Notes under the pieces: generated by a model
Told to the model about the DNA's origin: nothing
Database searches by the model: none
The model's input: the letters and a program-made list of their open reading frames with translations, nothing else
In this document: piece after piece, positions 43,791-53,275 of the stretch
Layout of the letters: every line of letters begins with the position of its first letter
Numbering within the stretch: position 1 is the first letter of the stretch
Made by a program: the position numbers and the translations under genes
Assembly (NCBI GenBank): GCA_041797745.1
Contig: JBHBZU010000024.1
Coordinates: 17,407 to 81,406, forward strand
From: Bacillota bacterium
GTDB taxonomy: Bacteria > Bacillota > Clostridia > Peptostreptococcales > Anaerovoracaceae
Reading direction: 5' to 3'
DNA: 64,000 nucleotides

Positions 43791-43860
43791 GGTTTTGACT
43801 TTAGCTTTGGCTTTAATTTTGGTTTTGACTTTGGTTTTAGCTTTAAGTCAATCTCGGTTT
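43791..43860. repeat. Hexamer-periodic T-tract repeat in the tig-clpP spacer
   Basis: GGTTTTGACTTTAGCTTTGGCTTTAATTTTGGTTTTGACTTTGGTTTTAGCTTTAAGTCAATCTCGGTTT has T3-4 tracts every 6 nt. It contains TTTGACT twice (43794-43800, 43824-43830) and the inverted repeat TTGACTT/AAGTCAA (43825-43831 / 43845-43851). Confidence 0.8.
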
Positions 43861-43890
43861 TTAGATTTGATAGTTTAGAGGAGGGAAAGC

Positions 43891-44472
43891 ATGGCACTTG
43901 TACCATATGTGATTGAACAGACAAGTAGAGGAGAGAGATCTTACGATATATATTCAAGATTGCTCAAGGATCGTATCATCTTTTTGGGCGAAGAAATTGA
44001 CGACCACGTAGCCAGCGTAGTAGTTGCACAGCTTCTTTTCCTTGAAGCAGAAGATCCTGAAAAGGATATCTGCATATATATCAACAGCCCCGGCGGTAGT
44101 GTAACTGCAGGAATGGCTATTTACGACACAATGAAATATATCCGTCCGGACGTTTCTACTATTTGCGTAGGACTTGCTGCAAGCATGGGAGCATTCTTAC
44201 TTTCAGCCGGCACCAAGGGCAAGCGTTATGCATTGCCAAATGCGGAAATTATGATTCATCAGCCTCTTGGTGGTGCCAGAGGTCAGGCTTCGGACGTGAA
44301 GATTCACGCAGACTGGATTATCAGAACTCGTGAAAGATTAAATACGATATTGGCGGAAAACACAGGTCAGAGCATGGAGCAGATTGAGAAAGATACTGAT
44401 CGTGACAACTTCATGAGCGCTGAGGAAGCTTGCCAATACGGATTAATTGATAAGGTTATCGCTTCCAGATAG
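43891..44472 (+). CDS. clpP: ATP-dependent Clp protease proteolytic subunit
   Basis: 193 aa with catalytic Ser block GLAASMGAF and His block IMIHQP. RBS is GAGGAGGG. Confidence 0.95.
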   Translation: MALVPYVIEQTSRGERSYDIYSRLLKDRIIFLGEEIDDHVASVVVAQLLFLEAEDPEKDICIYINSPGGSVTAGMAIYDTMKYIRPDVSTICVGLAASMGAFLLSAGTKGKRYALPNAEIMIHQPLGGARGQASDVKIHADWIIRTRERLNTILAENTGQSMEQIEKDTDRDNFMSAEEACQYGLIDKVIASR

Positions 44473-44485
44473 AGCGGAGGTTTTT

Positions 44486-45799
44486 ATGGCAAAATATGAC
44501 GAAACAAGACAACTGAAATGCTCTTTCTGCGGAAAGCCACAGGATCAGGTTCGTAGACTGATTGCCGGTCCGGGTGTGTTTATTTGTGATGAGTGTGTCC
44601 AACTTTGTAATGACATATTGTCAGAGGAGTTTACCCAGCAGGAGAACGGGATTCTTTCTGCGGATAAGGGAGATTCTGAATTTAGACTTCCGAAGCCGTC
44701 AGAGATTTACAATACTCTTTCGGAATATGTTATCGGGCAGGACAGAGCTAAAAAGGCTCTTTCTGTGGCAGTGTACAACCATTACAAGCGTATCAAGGAT
44801 CAGACAAGCCTTGCAAAGAACCCTAACGATGAAGTGGAACTTCAGAAGAGTAATATCATCATGCTGGGACCTACAGGCTCAGGTAAGACTTTACTGGCAC
44901 ATACTTTAGCCAAAATACTCAATGTACCTTTTGCTATTGCAGACGCTACGGCGCTTACCGAGGCGGGATATGTAGGGGAGGATGTTGAAAACATTCTCTT
45001 GAAGCTCATTCAGGCAGCTGATTTTGATATTGAAAAGGCTCAGAGAGGTATCATCTATGTAGATGAAATTGACAAGATTGCTCGCAAATCCGAAAACCCG
45101 AGCATTACTCGTGATGTAAGCGGAGAGGGAGTGCAGCAGGCTTTATTAAAGATATTAGAGGGAACGGTGGCAAGCGTACCGCCTCAAGGAGGGCGCAAAC
45201 ATCCTCATCAGGAGTTTATTCAGTTTGATACCACAAATGTATTATTCATTTGCGGCGGTGCATTTGACGGACTGGATAAGATTATTCAGCGCAGGATGGG
45301 TGAAAAAATCATCGGCTTTAATTCCGATATGAAAAAATCCCAGCTTGAGACGGAAGAAATACTCCTTCACATTCAACCTGAGGATTTGCTGAAATTCGGG
45401 CTTATTCCTGAATTTATCGGACGTCTTCCTGTTATTGCGTCTTTAGATCAGCTTTCAGAAGACGCTTTGGTTCAGATTATTACTGAGCCTAAGAACGCTT
45501 TAAGCAAGCAATATAAAAAGCTCTTTGCTATGGATGGCGTGGAGCTTGAAATCGAAGAAGAAGCCGTTAGAGCGGTGGCTAAAAAAGCTCTTGAACGTAA
45601 AACCGGTGCCAGAGGACTCAGAAGCATATTTGAGAGTGTTATGACAGACATCATGTTCGATATTCCGTCAAGAAGCGATGTGCATAAGTGCATAATCACC
45701 AAGGAAACTATAGAAAATGAGTCAAGTCCTACATTGGTTTTAGGGGAAGCTGCTAAGGCTTTGGAAGAAGTTGAGACAGAAGAATCTTCTGTTTCCTAA
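44486..45799 (+). CDS. clpX: ATP-dependent Clp protease ATP-binding subunit ClpX
   Basis: The ATG at 44486 follows GGAGG. N-terminal zinc-binding CSFCGK ... CDEC, Walker A GPTGSGKT, Walker [10 protein letters not shown]. Confidence 0.95.
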   Translation: MAKYDETRQLKCSFCGKPQDQVRRLIAGPGVFICDECVQLCNDILSEEFTQQENGILSADKGDSEFRLPKPSEIYNTLSEYVIGQDRAKKALSVAVYNHYKRIKDQTSLAKNPNDEVELQKSNIIMLGPTGSGKTLLAHTLAKILNVPFAIADATALTEAGYVGEDVENILLKLIQAADFDIEKAQRGIIYVDEIDKIARKSENPSITRDVSGEGVQQALLKILEGTVASVPPQGGRKHPHQEFIQFDTTNVLFICGGAFDGLDKIIQRRMGEKIIGFNSDMKKSQLETEEILLHIQPEDLLKFGLIPEFIGRLPVIASLDQLSEDALVQIITEPKNALSKQYKKLFAMDGVELEIEEEAVRAVAKKALERKTGARGLRSIFESVMTDIMFDIPSRSDVHKCIITKETIENESSPTLVLGEAAKALEEVETEESSVS

Positions 45800-45816
45800 T
45801 ATGTAACTAACATTGT

Positions 45817-45849
45817 AAAGGACGGCGAGGAGTTACCGTCCTTTAGTTT
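45817..45849 (+). terminator. Rho-independent terminator after clpX
   Basis: AAAGGACGG-CGAGGAGTTA-CCGTCCTTT followed by AGTTT. Confidence 0.7.
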
Positions 45850-45866
45850 CACTTAAAAGGAGTAAT

Positions 45867-48359
45867 ATGGCAGACGATAATAAAAAATTAAAGGCAATTC
45901 TCGACAATATCGGAGATATGCTTGAAGAAAAATTTGGAGACAGTGCCGAAGACCTTGAACTTATTGTTGAGGGCTTGGGTGATGACGACGACGAAGTAAC
46001 TATATATGATGAGAATGGGCATGCTATTATTCCGGCTATTGCATTGAGAGGGTTTAATATCCTACCGGGGTCAGTAGTACATTTTGACGTGGGAAGAGAA
46101 AAATCCATTAAAGCACTTGAAAAAGTCATGGCAAAGAACCAATACATCTTTGTTGTAAGCCAAAAGGATGACAGTGTTGACTCTCCGACACGGGAAGATT
46201 TATATGATATTGGAACTCTTATCAAGGTAAAGCAGATGTTAAAGGTTCCGGGAAATATTGTAAGAGTACTTGTTGAGGGTTTGGACAGGGCGGAAATAAT
46301 TGCAACTATTCAGGAGGATCCTTACTTTGCGTTTGAAATCAACCGTTTACCTGAGGCTGAAACGGAAGAAACCAACGAAAGAGAAGCTACCAGACGAGTT
46401 GCTTTGGATCTTTTTGAAGATTATCTGAACTATGTTGGAAAAGATACTTTAGAAAGACTTAGAGAAGCGGCTGCAATTAAGCCTCTTGGAAAATTTGCGG
46501 ACTTCATAGCATGGCATATGGATATGGGCTATGCAGAACAGCAGAAAATTTTAGAAAAAGTAAATCCTGATGAGAGAATGAGGGATGTTTTAGATTCTTT
46601 GGATAAGGAAGTGCAGATTTTAAGACTTGAAGATGAAATCAGCGCCACCGTAAGAAAGAACATCAACCAAAACCAGCAGGAATACTATTTGCGCGAACAG
46701 GCAAAGGCAATCAATGAAAAACTTGGCGACAAGGAAGACATGGATTCCGAAATTGAAAAGTGGCGCGACCAGATAAAAAAGAAAAAACTGCCAAAGGAAG
46801 TTGCCGAAAAAGTGGAGAAAGAAATCCACAAGCTTTCAAAAATGCCTACAACAACGGCAGAGGGGAACGTGAGTCGAACCTATATTGAAAGTATTTTAGA
46901 GCTTCCGTGGAACAAGTTGAGTAAAAGTAAATACGATCTTAACAAGGCGAGAACCGTTCTTGACAAGGATCATTACGGTTTGGAAGATGTTAAGGAAAGA
47001 ATTTTGGAATATTTGGCGGTAGTTCAGCTTTCAGGCGAGGTCAAGGGGCCTATTCTTTGTCTTGTCGGACCTCCGGGCGTGGGGAAAACTTCCGTGGTTA
47101 AGTCCGTGGCAAGTGCTATTGACAGAAAGTATGTCCGTATGTCTCTTGGTGGCGTAAGGGATGAAGCTGAAATCAGAGGGCATAGAAGAACTTACATTTC
47201 CGCATATCCCGGTCGAATTATCAACGGTATTAAGGACGCGGGCACCGGCAATCCAGTATTTCTTTTAGATGAAATTGACAAGGTGGGCTCCGACTATAAG
47301 GGAGACCCTGCGGCAGCACTTCTGGAAGTTTTAGATCCGGAGCAGAACAAGGCTTTTGTCGACCATTTCTTAGAGGTACCTTATGATTTATCCAAGGTGA
47401 TATTCATCACAACGGCTAACGACATCAGTACTATTCCAAGACCTCTTTTGGACAGAATGGAACTGATTGAAGTATCAGGCTACACGGAAGAAGACAAGGT
47501 TAAAATTGCCAAGAATTATCTAATTCCGAAGCAGATAAAGGAAAACGGCTTAAAATCCGGAGAAATTTCGATTAAAGAAGATGCTATCCGAGATTTGATT
47601 AACTACTATACAAGAGAATCAGGAGTCAGAGGTCTTGAAAGAGAAATTGCCAACCTTTGTAGAAAAGTGGCTTTGAAAATAGTTACTAAAAAGGCTAAAA
47701 GCTACGGCATTAACGGAAAGAGCCTTGAAAAGTACCTCGGTAAGCATAAATTCAGATATGACCATATTCAAAACCAATTTGAGATGGGAGTTACCACAGG
47801 CATGGCATGGACTTCCGTTGGAGGAGATACTCTATTCATTGAATCTGCTATTATGCGGGGAAGCGGCAATCTGGTTTTAACAGGACAGCTTGGAGATGTT
47901 ATGCAGGAATCCGCTAAGGCGGCAATAAGCTATATTCGTTCCATATCCGAGAGCTTGGCAATTCGCGAGTCTTATCGTGAGTTTTACAAAGAAAACGATT
48001 TTCATATTCATGTACCGGAGGGGGCAACTCCTAAAGACGGTCCATCTGCGGGTGTTACCATCTGCATGAGCATTATTTCAACCCTTACGGGAGAAAAGGC
48101 TCGTAAAGATGTGGCAATGACAGGAGAAATTACGTTACTTGGAAAGATTCTCGCTGTTGGCGGCATTAAAGAAAAGGTGCTGGCGGCCTACAGGGCAGGA
48201 GTAAGAAAGATACTTCTTCCAAGGGAGAATGAACGCGACATTGAAGAAATTCCGGCTAATGTAAGAAAGCAGATTGAGTTTATTCTGTTGGATACGGCTG
48301 CGGACGCAATACCGCATGTATTTGAAGACGGCGCTAAAGTTTTTGTTAAGGAAAAATAA
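45867..48359 (+). CDS. lon: ATP-dependent Lon protease (LonA)
   Basis: 830 aa. LON N-domain, Walker A GPPGVGKTS, and protease domain with PKDGPSAG containing the catalytic Ser. Confidence 0.95.
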   Translation: MADDNKKLKAILDNIGDMLEEKFGDSAEDLELIVEGLGDDDDEVTIYDENGHAIIPAIALRGFNILPGSVVHFDVGREKSIKALEKVMAKNQYIFVVSQKDDSVDSPTREDLYDIGTLIKVKQMLKVPGNIVRVLVEGLDRAEIIATIQEDPYFAFEINRLPEAETEETNEREATRRVALDLFEDYLNYVGKDTLERLREAAAIKPLGKFADFIAWHMDMGYAEQQKILEKVNPDERMRDVLDSLDKEVQILRLEDEISATVRKNINQNQQEYYLREQAKAINEKLGDKEDMDSEIEKWRDQIKKKKLPKEVAEKVEKEIHKLSKMPTTTAEGNVSRTYIESILELPWNKLSKSKYDLNKARTVLDKDHYGLEDVKERILEYLAVVQLSGEVKGPILCLVGPPGVGKTSVVKSVASAIDRKYVRMSLGGVRDEAEIRGHRRTYISAYPGRIINGIKDAGTGNPVFLLDEIDKVGSDYKGDPAAALLEVLDPEQNKAFVDHFLEVPYDLSKVIFITTANDISTIPRPLLDRMELIEVSGYTEEDKVKIAKNYLIPKQIKENGLKSGEISIKEDAIRDLINYYTRESGVRGLEREIANLCRKVALKIVTKKAKSYGINGKSLEKYLGKHKFRYDHIQNQFEMGVTTGMAWTSVGGDTLFIESAIMRGSGNLVLTGQLGDVMQESAKAAISYIRSISESLAIRESYREFYKENDFHIHVPEGATPKDGPSAGVTICMSIISTLTGEKARKDVAMTGEITLLGKILAVGGIKEKVLAAYRAGVRKILLPRENERDIEEIPANVRKQIEFILLDTAADAIPHVFEDGAKVFVKEK

Positions 48360-48962
48360 ATGATTGTAAAAAAAGCAGAACTGGAGGCTGTGGCAGCAAG
48401 ACCTAACCAGTATCCACCGGAAGATATGTATGAAGTGGCTTTTGCAGGCAGATCCAATGTTGGAAAGTCTTCACTTTTAAATCTTCTGACCAACCGAAAA
48501 AGTCTGGCAAGAGTCAGTGGGAATCCGGGAAAAACCCGTACCATTAACTTTTACAGAATTAACGATGAATTTAGAATCGTTGACTTACCGGGATACGGAT
48601 ATGCTAAGGTTTCAAAGTCTGAAAGCGAAAAATGGGGTCAGATGATGGAGTCTTATTTAGAGCATAGACCCAACCTTGTAAAAGTAATTCAACTGGTGGA
48701 CATAAGACATTTGCCCTCTGCACAGGACATTCAGATGTATGATTATCTGAAATATTTCCATTTGGACGGTATTGTGGTTGCCACAAAGGCTGATAAGGTA
48801 TCCAGAAATGAGTTGCAAAAATGCATATCTCAAATAAGAAAGACTCTTGGCATGGAAAAGGATGATATTGTAATTCCTGTATCCGCGCTTAAGAGAAACG
48901 GTCAGGAAAAGGTTTTAGAAGTTATAGAGGCTTTACTTTCAGAGGATACAGAGGACGAGTAA
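48360..48962 (+). CDS. engB: Ribosome biogenesis GTPase EngB (YsxC/YihA)
   Basis: G1 GRSNVGKSS, G3 DLPGYG, G4 TKADK. The start abuts the lon stop. Confidence 0.9.
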   Translation: MIVKKAELEAVAARPNQYPPEDMYEVAFAGRSNVGKSSLLNLLTNRKSLARVSGNPGKTRTINFYRINDEFRIVDLPGYGYAKVSKSESEKWGQMMESYLEHRPNLVKVIQLVDIRHLPSAQDIQMYDYLKYFHLDGIVVATKADKVSRNELQKCISQIRKTLGMEKDDIVIPVSALKRNGQEKVLEVIEALLSEDTEDE

Positions 48963-48963
48963 A

Positions 48964-49329
48964 ATGAGATTCATTTCGATGAATGTTTTGTGGAAAAGAA
49001 TTAAGGCACTAAAGTTTATGATGATGGACAAGAATGTGGCTTTATGGAAAAAAGCACTGGTTGTCTTCGGTATCATATATCTTTGCATGCCTATAGACCT
49101 AATCCCCATAGTTGTATTTCCCATAGGTATTATTGATGACCTGATTTTATGGCTGTGGATACTGATTATGCTAAAGGACACATTGGATACATATTGGCTG
49201 GGAGAAAAAAATGAGGATCTTTCCGAAAATTATGATGGAAAGACCATTATCAATGATGTAGAATATGAGGTGAACACAGAGAAAAATCCTGATGTTGACA
49301 CAAAAAAGGAGACTAACGAAGATGAGTGA
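48964..49329 (+). CDS. DUF1232 (YkvA-like) small membrane protein
   Basis: 121 aa with the characteristic block YLCMPIDLIPIVVFPIGIIDD. Confidence 0.65.
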   Translation: MRFISMNVLWKRIKALKFMMMDKNVALWKKALVVFGIIYLCMPIDLIPIVVFPIGIIDDLILWLWILIMLKDTLDTYWLGEKNEDLSENYDGKTIINDVEYEVNTEKNPDVDTKKETNEDE

Positions 49330-49882
49330 GAAGACAATAATTGGTAAGGTTTTAATTTCCGAAGAAGAAATTCAGGAAAAGGCTGCTGAAATAGGCAAGC
49401 AAATTTCCGAAAAGTACGCCGGTCAGGAACTGGTGCTGATAGGCATTTTAAAGGGCGCTGTTATGTGGATGGTAGACCTTATGAAGCATATCGACAATAC
49501 TAACTGCACTATTGATTTTATGTCATGCAGTAGCTATGGTTCCTCAACTAAGACCAGCGGCGTTGTGAAAATCAACAAGGACCTTGACTCTGACATTGAG
49601 GGTAAGCACGTTATCATCGTGGAAGATATTATAGATTCGGGAATTACTCTCAATTATCTTAAGGCATATCTTGCAAACAGAGGCCCTGCTTCCGTTGAGA
49701 TTTGTGCATTGCTAGACAAGCCATCCGGTCGTAAGATTGACCTTAAGGCTGATTATTACGGTTTTGAAGTAGGCGATCAGTTCATAATCGGTTATGGTCT
49801 TGATTATGCACAAAAGTATCGCCAGCTCCCTTACATCAGCTTCCTCAGTGAAAATGATCAGGAAGAATTGATGGCTGAATAG
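49322..49882 (+). CDS. hpt: Hypoxanthine phosphoribosyltransferase
   Basis: The ATG at 49322 gives MSEKTIIGKVLISEEEI. PRPP-binding motif VIIVEDIIDSGITL. It overlaps the upstream gene by 8 nt. Confidence 0.9.
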   Translation: MSEKTIIGKVLISEEEIQEKAAEIGKQISEKYAGQELVLIGILKGAVMWMVDLMKHIDNTNCTIDFMSCSSYGSSTKTSGVVKINKDLDSDIEGKHVIIVEDIIDSGITLNYLKAYLANRGPASVEICALLDKPSGRKIDLKADYYGFEVGDQFIIGYGLDYAQKYRQLPYISFLSENDQEELMAE

Positions 49883-49950
49883 TCGCCGATTAAATTTAAT
49901 TTGTCATAAAATATTTTATATGGTTATATAGTTATATAAAGGAGAGAAAC

Positions 49951-50523
49951 ATGGGATATCAAGTTCAGATTGGAATTTCTAACAAACACGTACATCTTAG
50001 CAAGGAACATCTTGAATACCTTTTTGGTAAAGATTATGAGCTCACAGTTATGAAAGACTTGGTGCAGCCGGGTCAGTACGCCTCCGAAGAAAGAGTTGAC
50101 ATTACAGGACCTAAAGGAACTCTCAAGGGGCTTAGAGTATTGGGACCTGTTCGTAAGAATACGCAGATTGAGCTGGCTATGACAGACGCCAGAGGAATAG
50201 GTATCAAGCCGCCTGTAAGAGAATCAGGTAAGATTGAGGGAACACCGGGATGTACTATTTCTGCCAACGGCAAGGAGCTGGTTGTTGAAGAGGGCGTTAT
50301 TTTAGCTATGCGCCACATTCACCTTTCTTTAGATGAAGCAAAAGAAGCGGGAGTTAAAGACGGTGACCTTGTAAATGTAAAGGTTGGAAAAGAAAGAGGT
50401 TTGATCTTTGAGAACGTTCTCATAAGAGCCAATGAAAATTTTAGAGCGGAAGCTCATTTTGATACAGATGAGGGAAATGCAGCTTTGATTGGAAACAACG
50501 AGATGTGCGAAATCATTAAATAA
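49951..50523 (+). CDS. pduL: Phosphate propanoyl/acyl-transferase PduL
   Basis: 190 aa containing two PduL repeats with the signatures ISNKHVHLS and RHIHLS. Confidence 0.85.
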   Translation: MGYQVQIGISNKHVHLSKEHLEYLFGKDYELTVMKDLVQPGQYASEERVDITGPKGTLKGLRVLGPVRKNTQIELAMTDARGIGIKPPVRESGKIEGTPGCTISANGKELVVEEGVILAMRHIHLSLDEAKEAGVKDGDLVNVKVGKERGLIFENVLIRANENFRAEAHFDTDEGNAALIGNNEMCEIIK

Positions 50524-50545
50524 TTATCAAACAAAATGTAAAATT

Positions 50546-50580
50546 AAAAGAGATAATCTGAAAGGATTATCTCTTTTTTA
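50546..50580 (+). terminator. Rho-independent terminator after pduL
   Basis: AAGAGATAATC-TGAAAG-GATTATCTCTT followed by TTTT. Confidence 0.85.
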
Positions 50581-50651
50581 TATAGCATGTAGGCAGAAAC
50601 GTTGAAAAAATAGGGTTGTCTAATATAAACAATTTTGGAACAAAATCAGAA

Positions 50652-50702
50652 TTGAAAATCAATTCGTACTAATATATAATGAGATTGTCAAATTATTGAC
50701 AA
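50652..50702 (+). promoter_or_regulatory. Promoter with a downstream perfect palindrome (candidate operator) for the CoA-transferase gene
   Basis: TTGAAA (50652-50657), 17 nt, TATAAT (50675-50680). TTGTCAA-ATTA-TTGACAA (50685-50702) lies immediately downstream of the -10. Confidence 0.55.
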
Positions 50703-50751
50703 CTTACTAATGAAAAATTTGCATAGGCATTATTAAGAATGGAGATTACAT

Positions 50752-52107
50752 ATGTATAAGATTTCGGATTTAGCGGCAGAATATAAGAAAAAGCTCATTA
50801 CTGCTGAAAAAGCAGCTTCTTTTGTAAAGGATGGAGACAGAGTTCACTTCGGTACAGGCTGTGGCGTGGTAATTGATATTGATAGAGCATTATCTAAAAG
50901 GGTTAACGAGTTAAAAGATATTTCTATTCTAACCACTGTTGGTATTAGAAACGAACCTTTTGAAACCTACAAGGCTTCTACTTCAAATGAGCAGGTAAGA
51001 TTTGCCTCTGCGCATTTCAGCTCACACGACAGAACCATGAATAAGGACGGAAGATGTTGGTATATTCCTATGTTGTTCTGTGAACTACCTTATCTTTGGT
51101 ACAACAACAAAAATGAGATTGATGTAGCATATTTCCAAGTTGCGCCTATGGATGAGTTCGGTAACTTTAATTTAGGACCTCAGATTGCGGATATGTGGGG
51201 TGTGATAAAATCAGCTAAACTAAAGATTGTGGAAGTTAATGAAAATATGCCTATTGCGCACGGTTATCAGACACAGTTAAACCTTTACGGTGTTGACTAT
51301 GTGGTTGAGGGTAGCAATTCTCCACTGGCAGAATTAAAGACTAAACCTGCGTCTGATATTGACGATAAAATTGCTGAACACGTTGTAAAAAATATTCGCA
51401 GCCACAGTACCATTCAGTTGGGTATCGGTTCATTACCGCTACGTATAGGTGAAAAGATTGCAAACTCTGATATTCGCAACGTAGAAGCACATACAGAAAT
51501 GTTTACGGATGCTTACGTAGACTTGTTTGAAGCAGGCAAGCTCACAGGTAACAAACCTATTGATAAAGGCAAGGCGGTTTACACCTTTGCAGGCGGTACC
51601 AAGAGGCTCTACGATTTTATCAATGACAACCCTATCTGCTGTGCTGCACCTGTTAACTACGTAAACCAGATAGCGACTATCTCTCAAATTCCTAACTTTG
51701 TTTCGGTTAACAGCTGTATTTCAGTTGACCTTTACGGCCAGGTTTGTTCCGAATCTGTGGGCAGACGTCATATCAGCGGTACCGGCGGACAGCTTGACTT
51801 CGTTCTGGGGGCATTTCAGTCTGAGGGTGGGCACAGCTTCCTTTGTACACCGTCTACACGTAAAAATCCTGATGGTACAATGGAATCATTGATTACACCG
51901 TTCTTGCCACAGGGTGCTATCGTTACTACACCTCGTATGGCAACAGACTTTATCGTTACGGAATACGGTGCGGTTTGCTTAAAGGGTAAGTCCACATGGG
52001 AAAGAGCGGAACTCCTCATCAGCATTGCTCATCCTGATTTCCAAGACGGCTTGGTTCAGGCGGCGGAAAAGAACGGTATTTGGAAAAATTCCAGTAAGTG
52101 TATCTAA
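50752..52107 (+). CDS. Acetyl-CoA hydrolase/transferase family protein (butyryl-CoA:acetate or 4-hydroxybutyrate CoA-transferase-like)
   Basis: 451 aa whose size and layout fit family-I-like CoA-transferases of the Cat/But type. The C-terminal region has the GTGGQLDF block. Confidence 0.75.
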   Translation: MYKISDLAAEYKKKLITAEKAASFVKDGDRVHFGTGCGVVIDIDRALSKRVNELKDISILTTVGIRNEPFETYKASTSNEQVRFASAHFSSHDRTMNKDGRCWYIPMLFCELPYLWYNNKNEIDVAYFQVAPMDEFGNFNLGPQIADMWGVIKSAKLKIVEVNENMPIAHGYQTQLNLYGVDYVVEGSNSPLAELKTKPASDIDDKIAEHVVKNIRSHSTIQLGIGSLPLRIGEKIANSDIRNVEAHTEMFTDAYVDLFEAGKLTGNKPIDKGKAVYTFAGGTKRLYDFINDNPICCAAPVNYVNQIATISQIPNFVSVNSCISVDLYGQVCSESVGRRHISGTGGQLDFVLGAFQSEGGHSFLCTPSTRKNPDGTMESLITPFLPQGAIVTTPRMATDFIVTEYGAVCLKGKSTWERAELLISIAHPDFQDGLVQAAEKNGIWKNSSKCI

Positions 52108-52184
52108 ATAGATATAATACGTATTATGCAGTAATTAAGAGGATGGAAAAGACTCTTGAAAACATAAAATGATTAAAAAACCTG

Positions 52185-52218
52185 AAGTATTTTGCTTCAG
52201 GTTTTTTGCTTTTATTAT
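52185..52218 (+). terminator. Rho-independent terminator
   Basis: AACCTGAAG-TATTTTG-CTTCAGGTT followed by TTTT. Confidence 0.85.
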
Positions 52219-52371
52219 GCGATTGTTCGTTTTATAGGGGGGATATTGTTCAAATAAAAATGTTGTAATTGTCCGCAATTTTTATTTAGATTATTTAATA
52301 TAGAATATTATATAATAAATAATATTGATTATACATAAAGTACAATATAAAGAAACTAAAGAAAGCCAAAG

Positions 52372-53028
52372 CTATTTTGCGGACTTTAATATTTCGATGG
52401 ATGCGGAAGCTCCTATTCTGTCTGCGCCGGCATTAATCATTGCCATGCAGGTCTCGTAGTCGCGAATGCTGCCTGAAGCCTTAACTTGACAAAGGTTACC
52501 AACGGTTTTACGCATAAGTTCTACGTGGTGAACCGTTGCTCCGCCGGTACCGAAGCCTGTGGAAGTTTTGACAAATTCTGCACCTGCGGCTACGGAAAGC
52601 TCACAAGCCTTTACAATTTGCTCATCTGTAAGATAGCAGGTTTCGAGGATAACCTTGACATCTGCGTCAAATTCATCTGCCGCTGCTACGCAAGCAGCTA
52701 TTTCATCCTGAACATATTCATAGCGACCCTCTTTAAGAGCACCTACATTCAGCACCATGTCTATCTCTTTAGCGCCTTTTTCGCAAACATCTGTGGTTTC
52801 AAAAACCTTGGACTCCAAGCTCATAGCACCCAAAGGGAAGCCTATAACCGTAGCAACCTTTACATCGGTTCCTTTAAGCTGGGATACGGCAAGTTCGGTA
52901 TAGCAGCCGTTTACGCAAACTGAATAAAAGTCGTATTCTTTTGCTTCTGCGCAGAGCTTTTTTATATCTGCCTCTGAGGCTTCAGCTTTAAGTAATGTGT
53001 GATCAAAATATTTGTTAAGCGGTTTCAT
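52372..53028 (-). CDS. deoC: Deoxyribose-phosphate aldolase
   Basis: 218 aa. N-terminal DHTLLK, and the Schiff-base Lys block FVKTSTGF. Confidence 0.9.
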   Translation of the reverse strand: MKPLNKYFDHTLLKAEASEADIKKLCAEAKEYDFYSVCVNGCYTELAVSQLKGTDVKVATVIGFPLGAMSLESKVFETTDVCEKGAKEIDMVLNVGALKEGRYEYVQDEIAACVAAADEFDADVKVILETCYLTDEQIVKACELSVAAGAEFVKTSTGFGTGGATVHHVELMRKTVGNLCQVKASGSIRDYETCMAMINAGADRIGASASIEILKSAK

Positions 53029-53275
53029 ATTAATCTCCTAAAATTTAATTCTATTGTTTCAAGAACTCCTGTCCTTGAGGTACCATAATAATAGCATATT
53101 TTCGACTTTTATGCAATTTGTTCAGAAAGATAGGACTATTGTCATATTTGAGGATACATTCTGACTATTATATGATATAATTTTATATATGGCATAGTAA
53201 GGACGGATATGAAACCGTAACCGAGGTGCCACAGAGTACTTTATATTTTTAATATTTCATTAAAGGAGAAAAGAC

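Noticed and set aside
43794-43852. Canonical CtsR operator upstream of clpP.
   Set aside because: Heptads matching AGTCAAA/TTTGACT are present, but never as the required tandem pair separated by 3 nt. I report it as an atypical array, not as a CtsR box.
43742-43957. Minus-strand 71-aa ORF with KLKPKSKPKLKPKLKSKP repeats.
   Set aside because: It is an artefact of the hexamer-periodic T-tract DNA in the tig-clpP spacer. It overlaps the clpP start on the opposite strand and has no RBS.
52229-52385. Long-range 8-bp inverted repeat, GTCCGCAA ... TTGCGGAC, around the deoC 3' end, considered as a terminator.
   Set aside because: The loop would be about 110 nt and AT-rich. One arm lies inside the deoC coding sequence. 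It is not a credible intrinsic terminator.
53191-53230. Small nested hairpin in the 5'-nucleotidase leader as a riboswitch (purine, 2'-dG, preQ1 or guanidine classes were considered).
   Set aside because: It is too short and lacks the conserved junction nucleotides of those classes. It is mentioned only as a hairpin.
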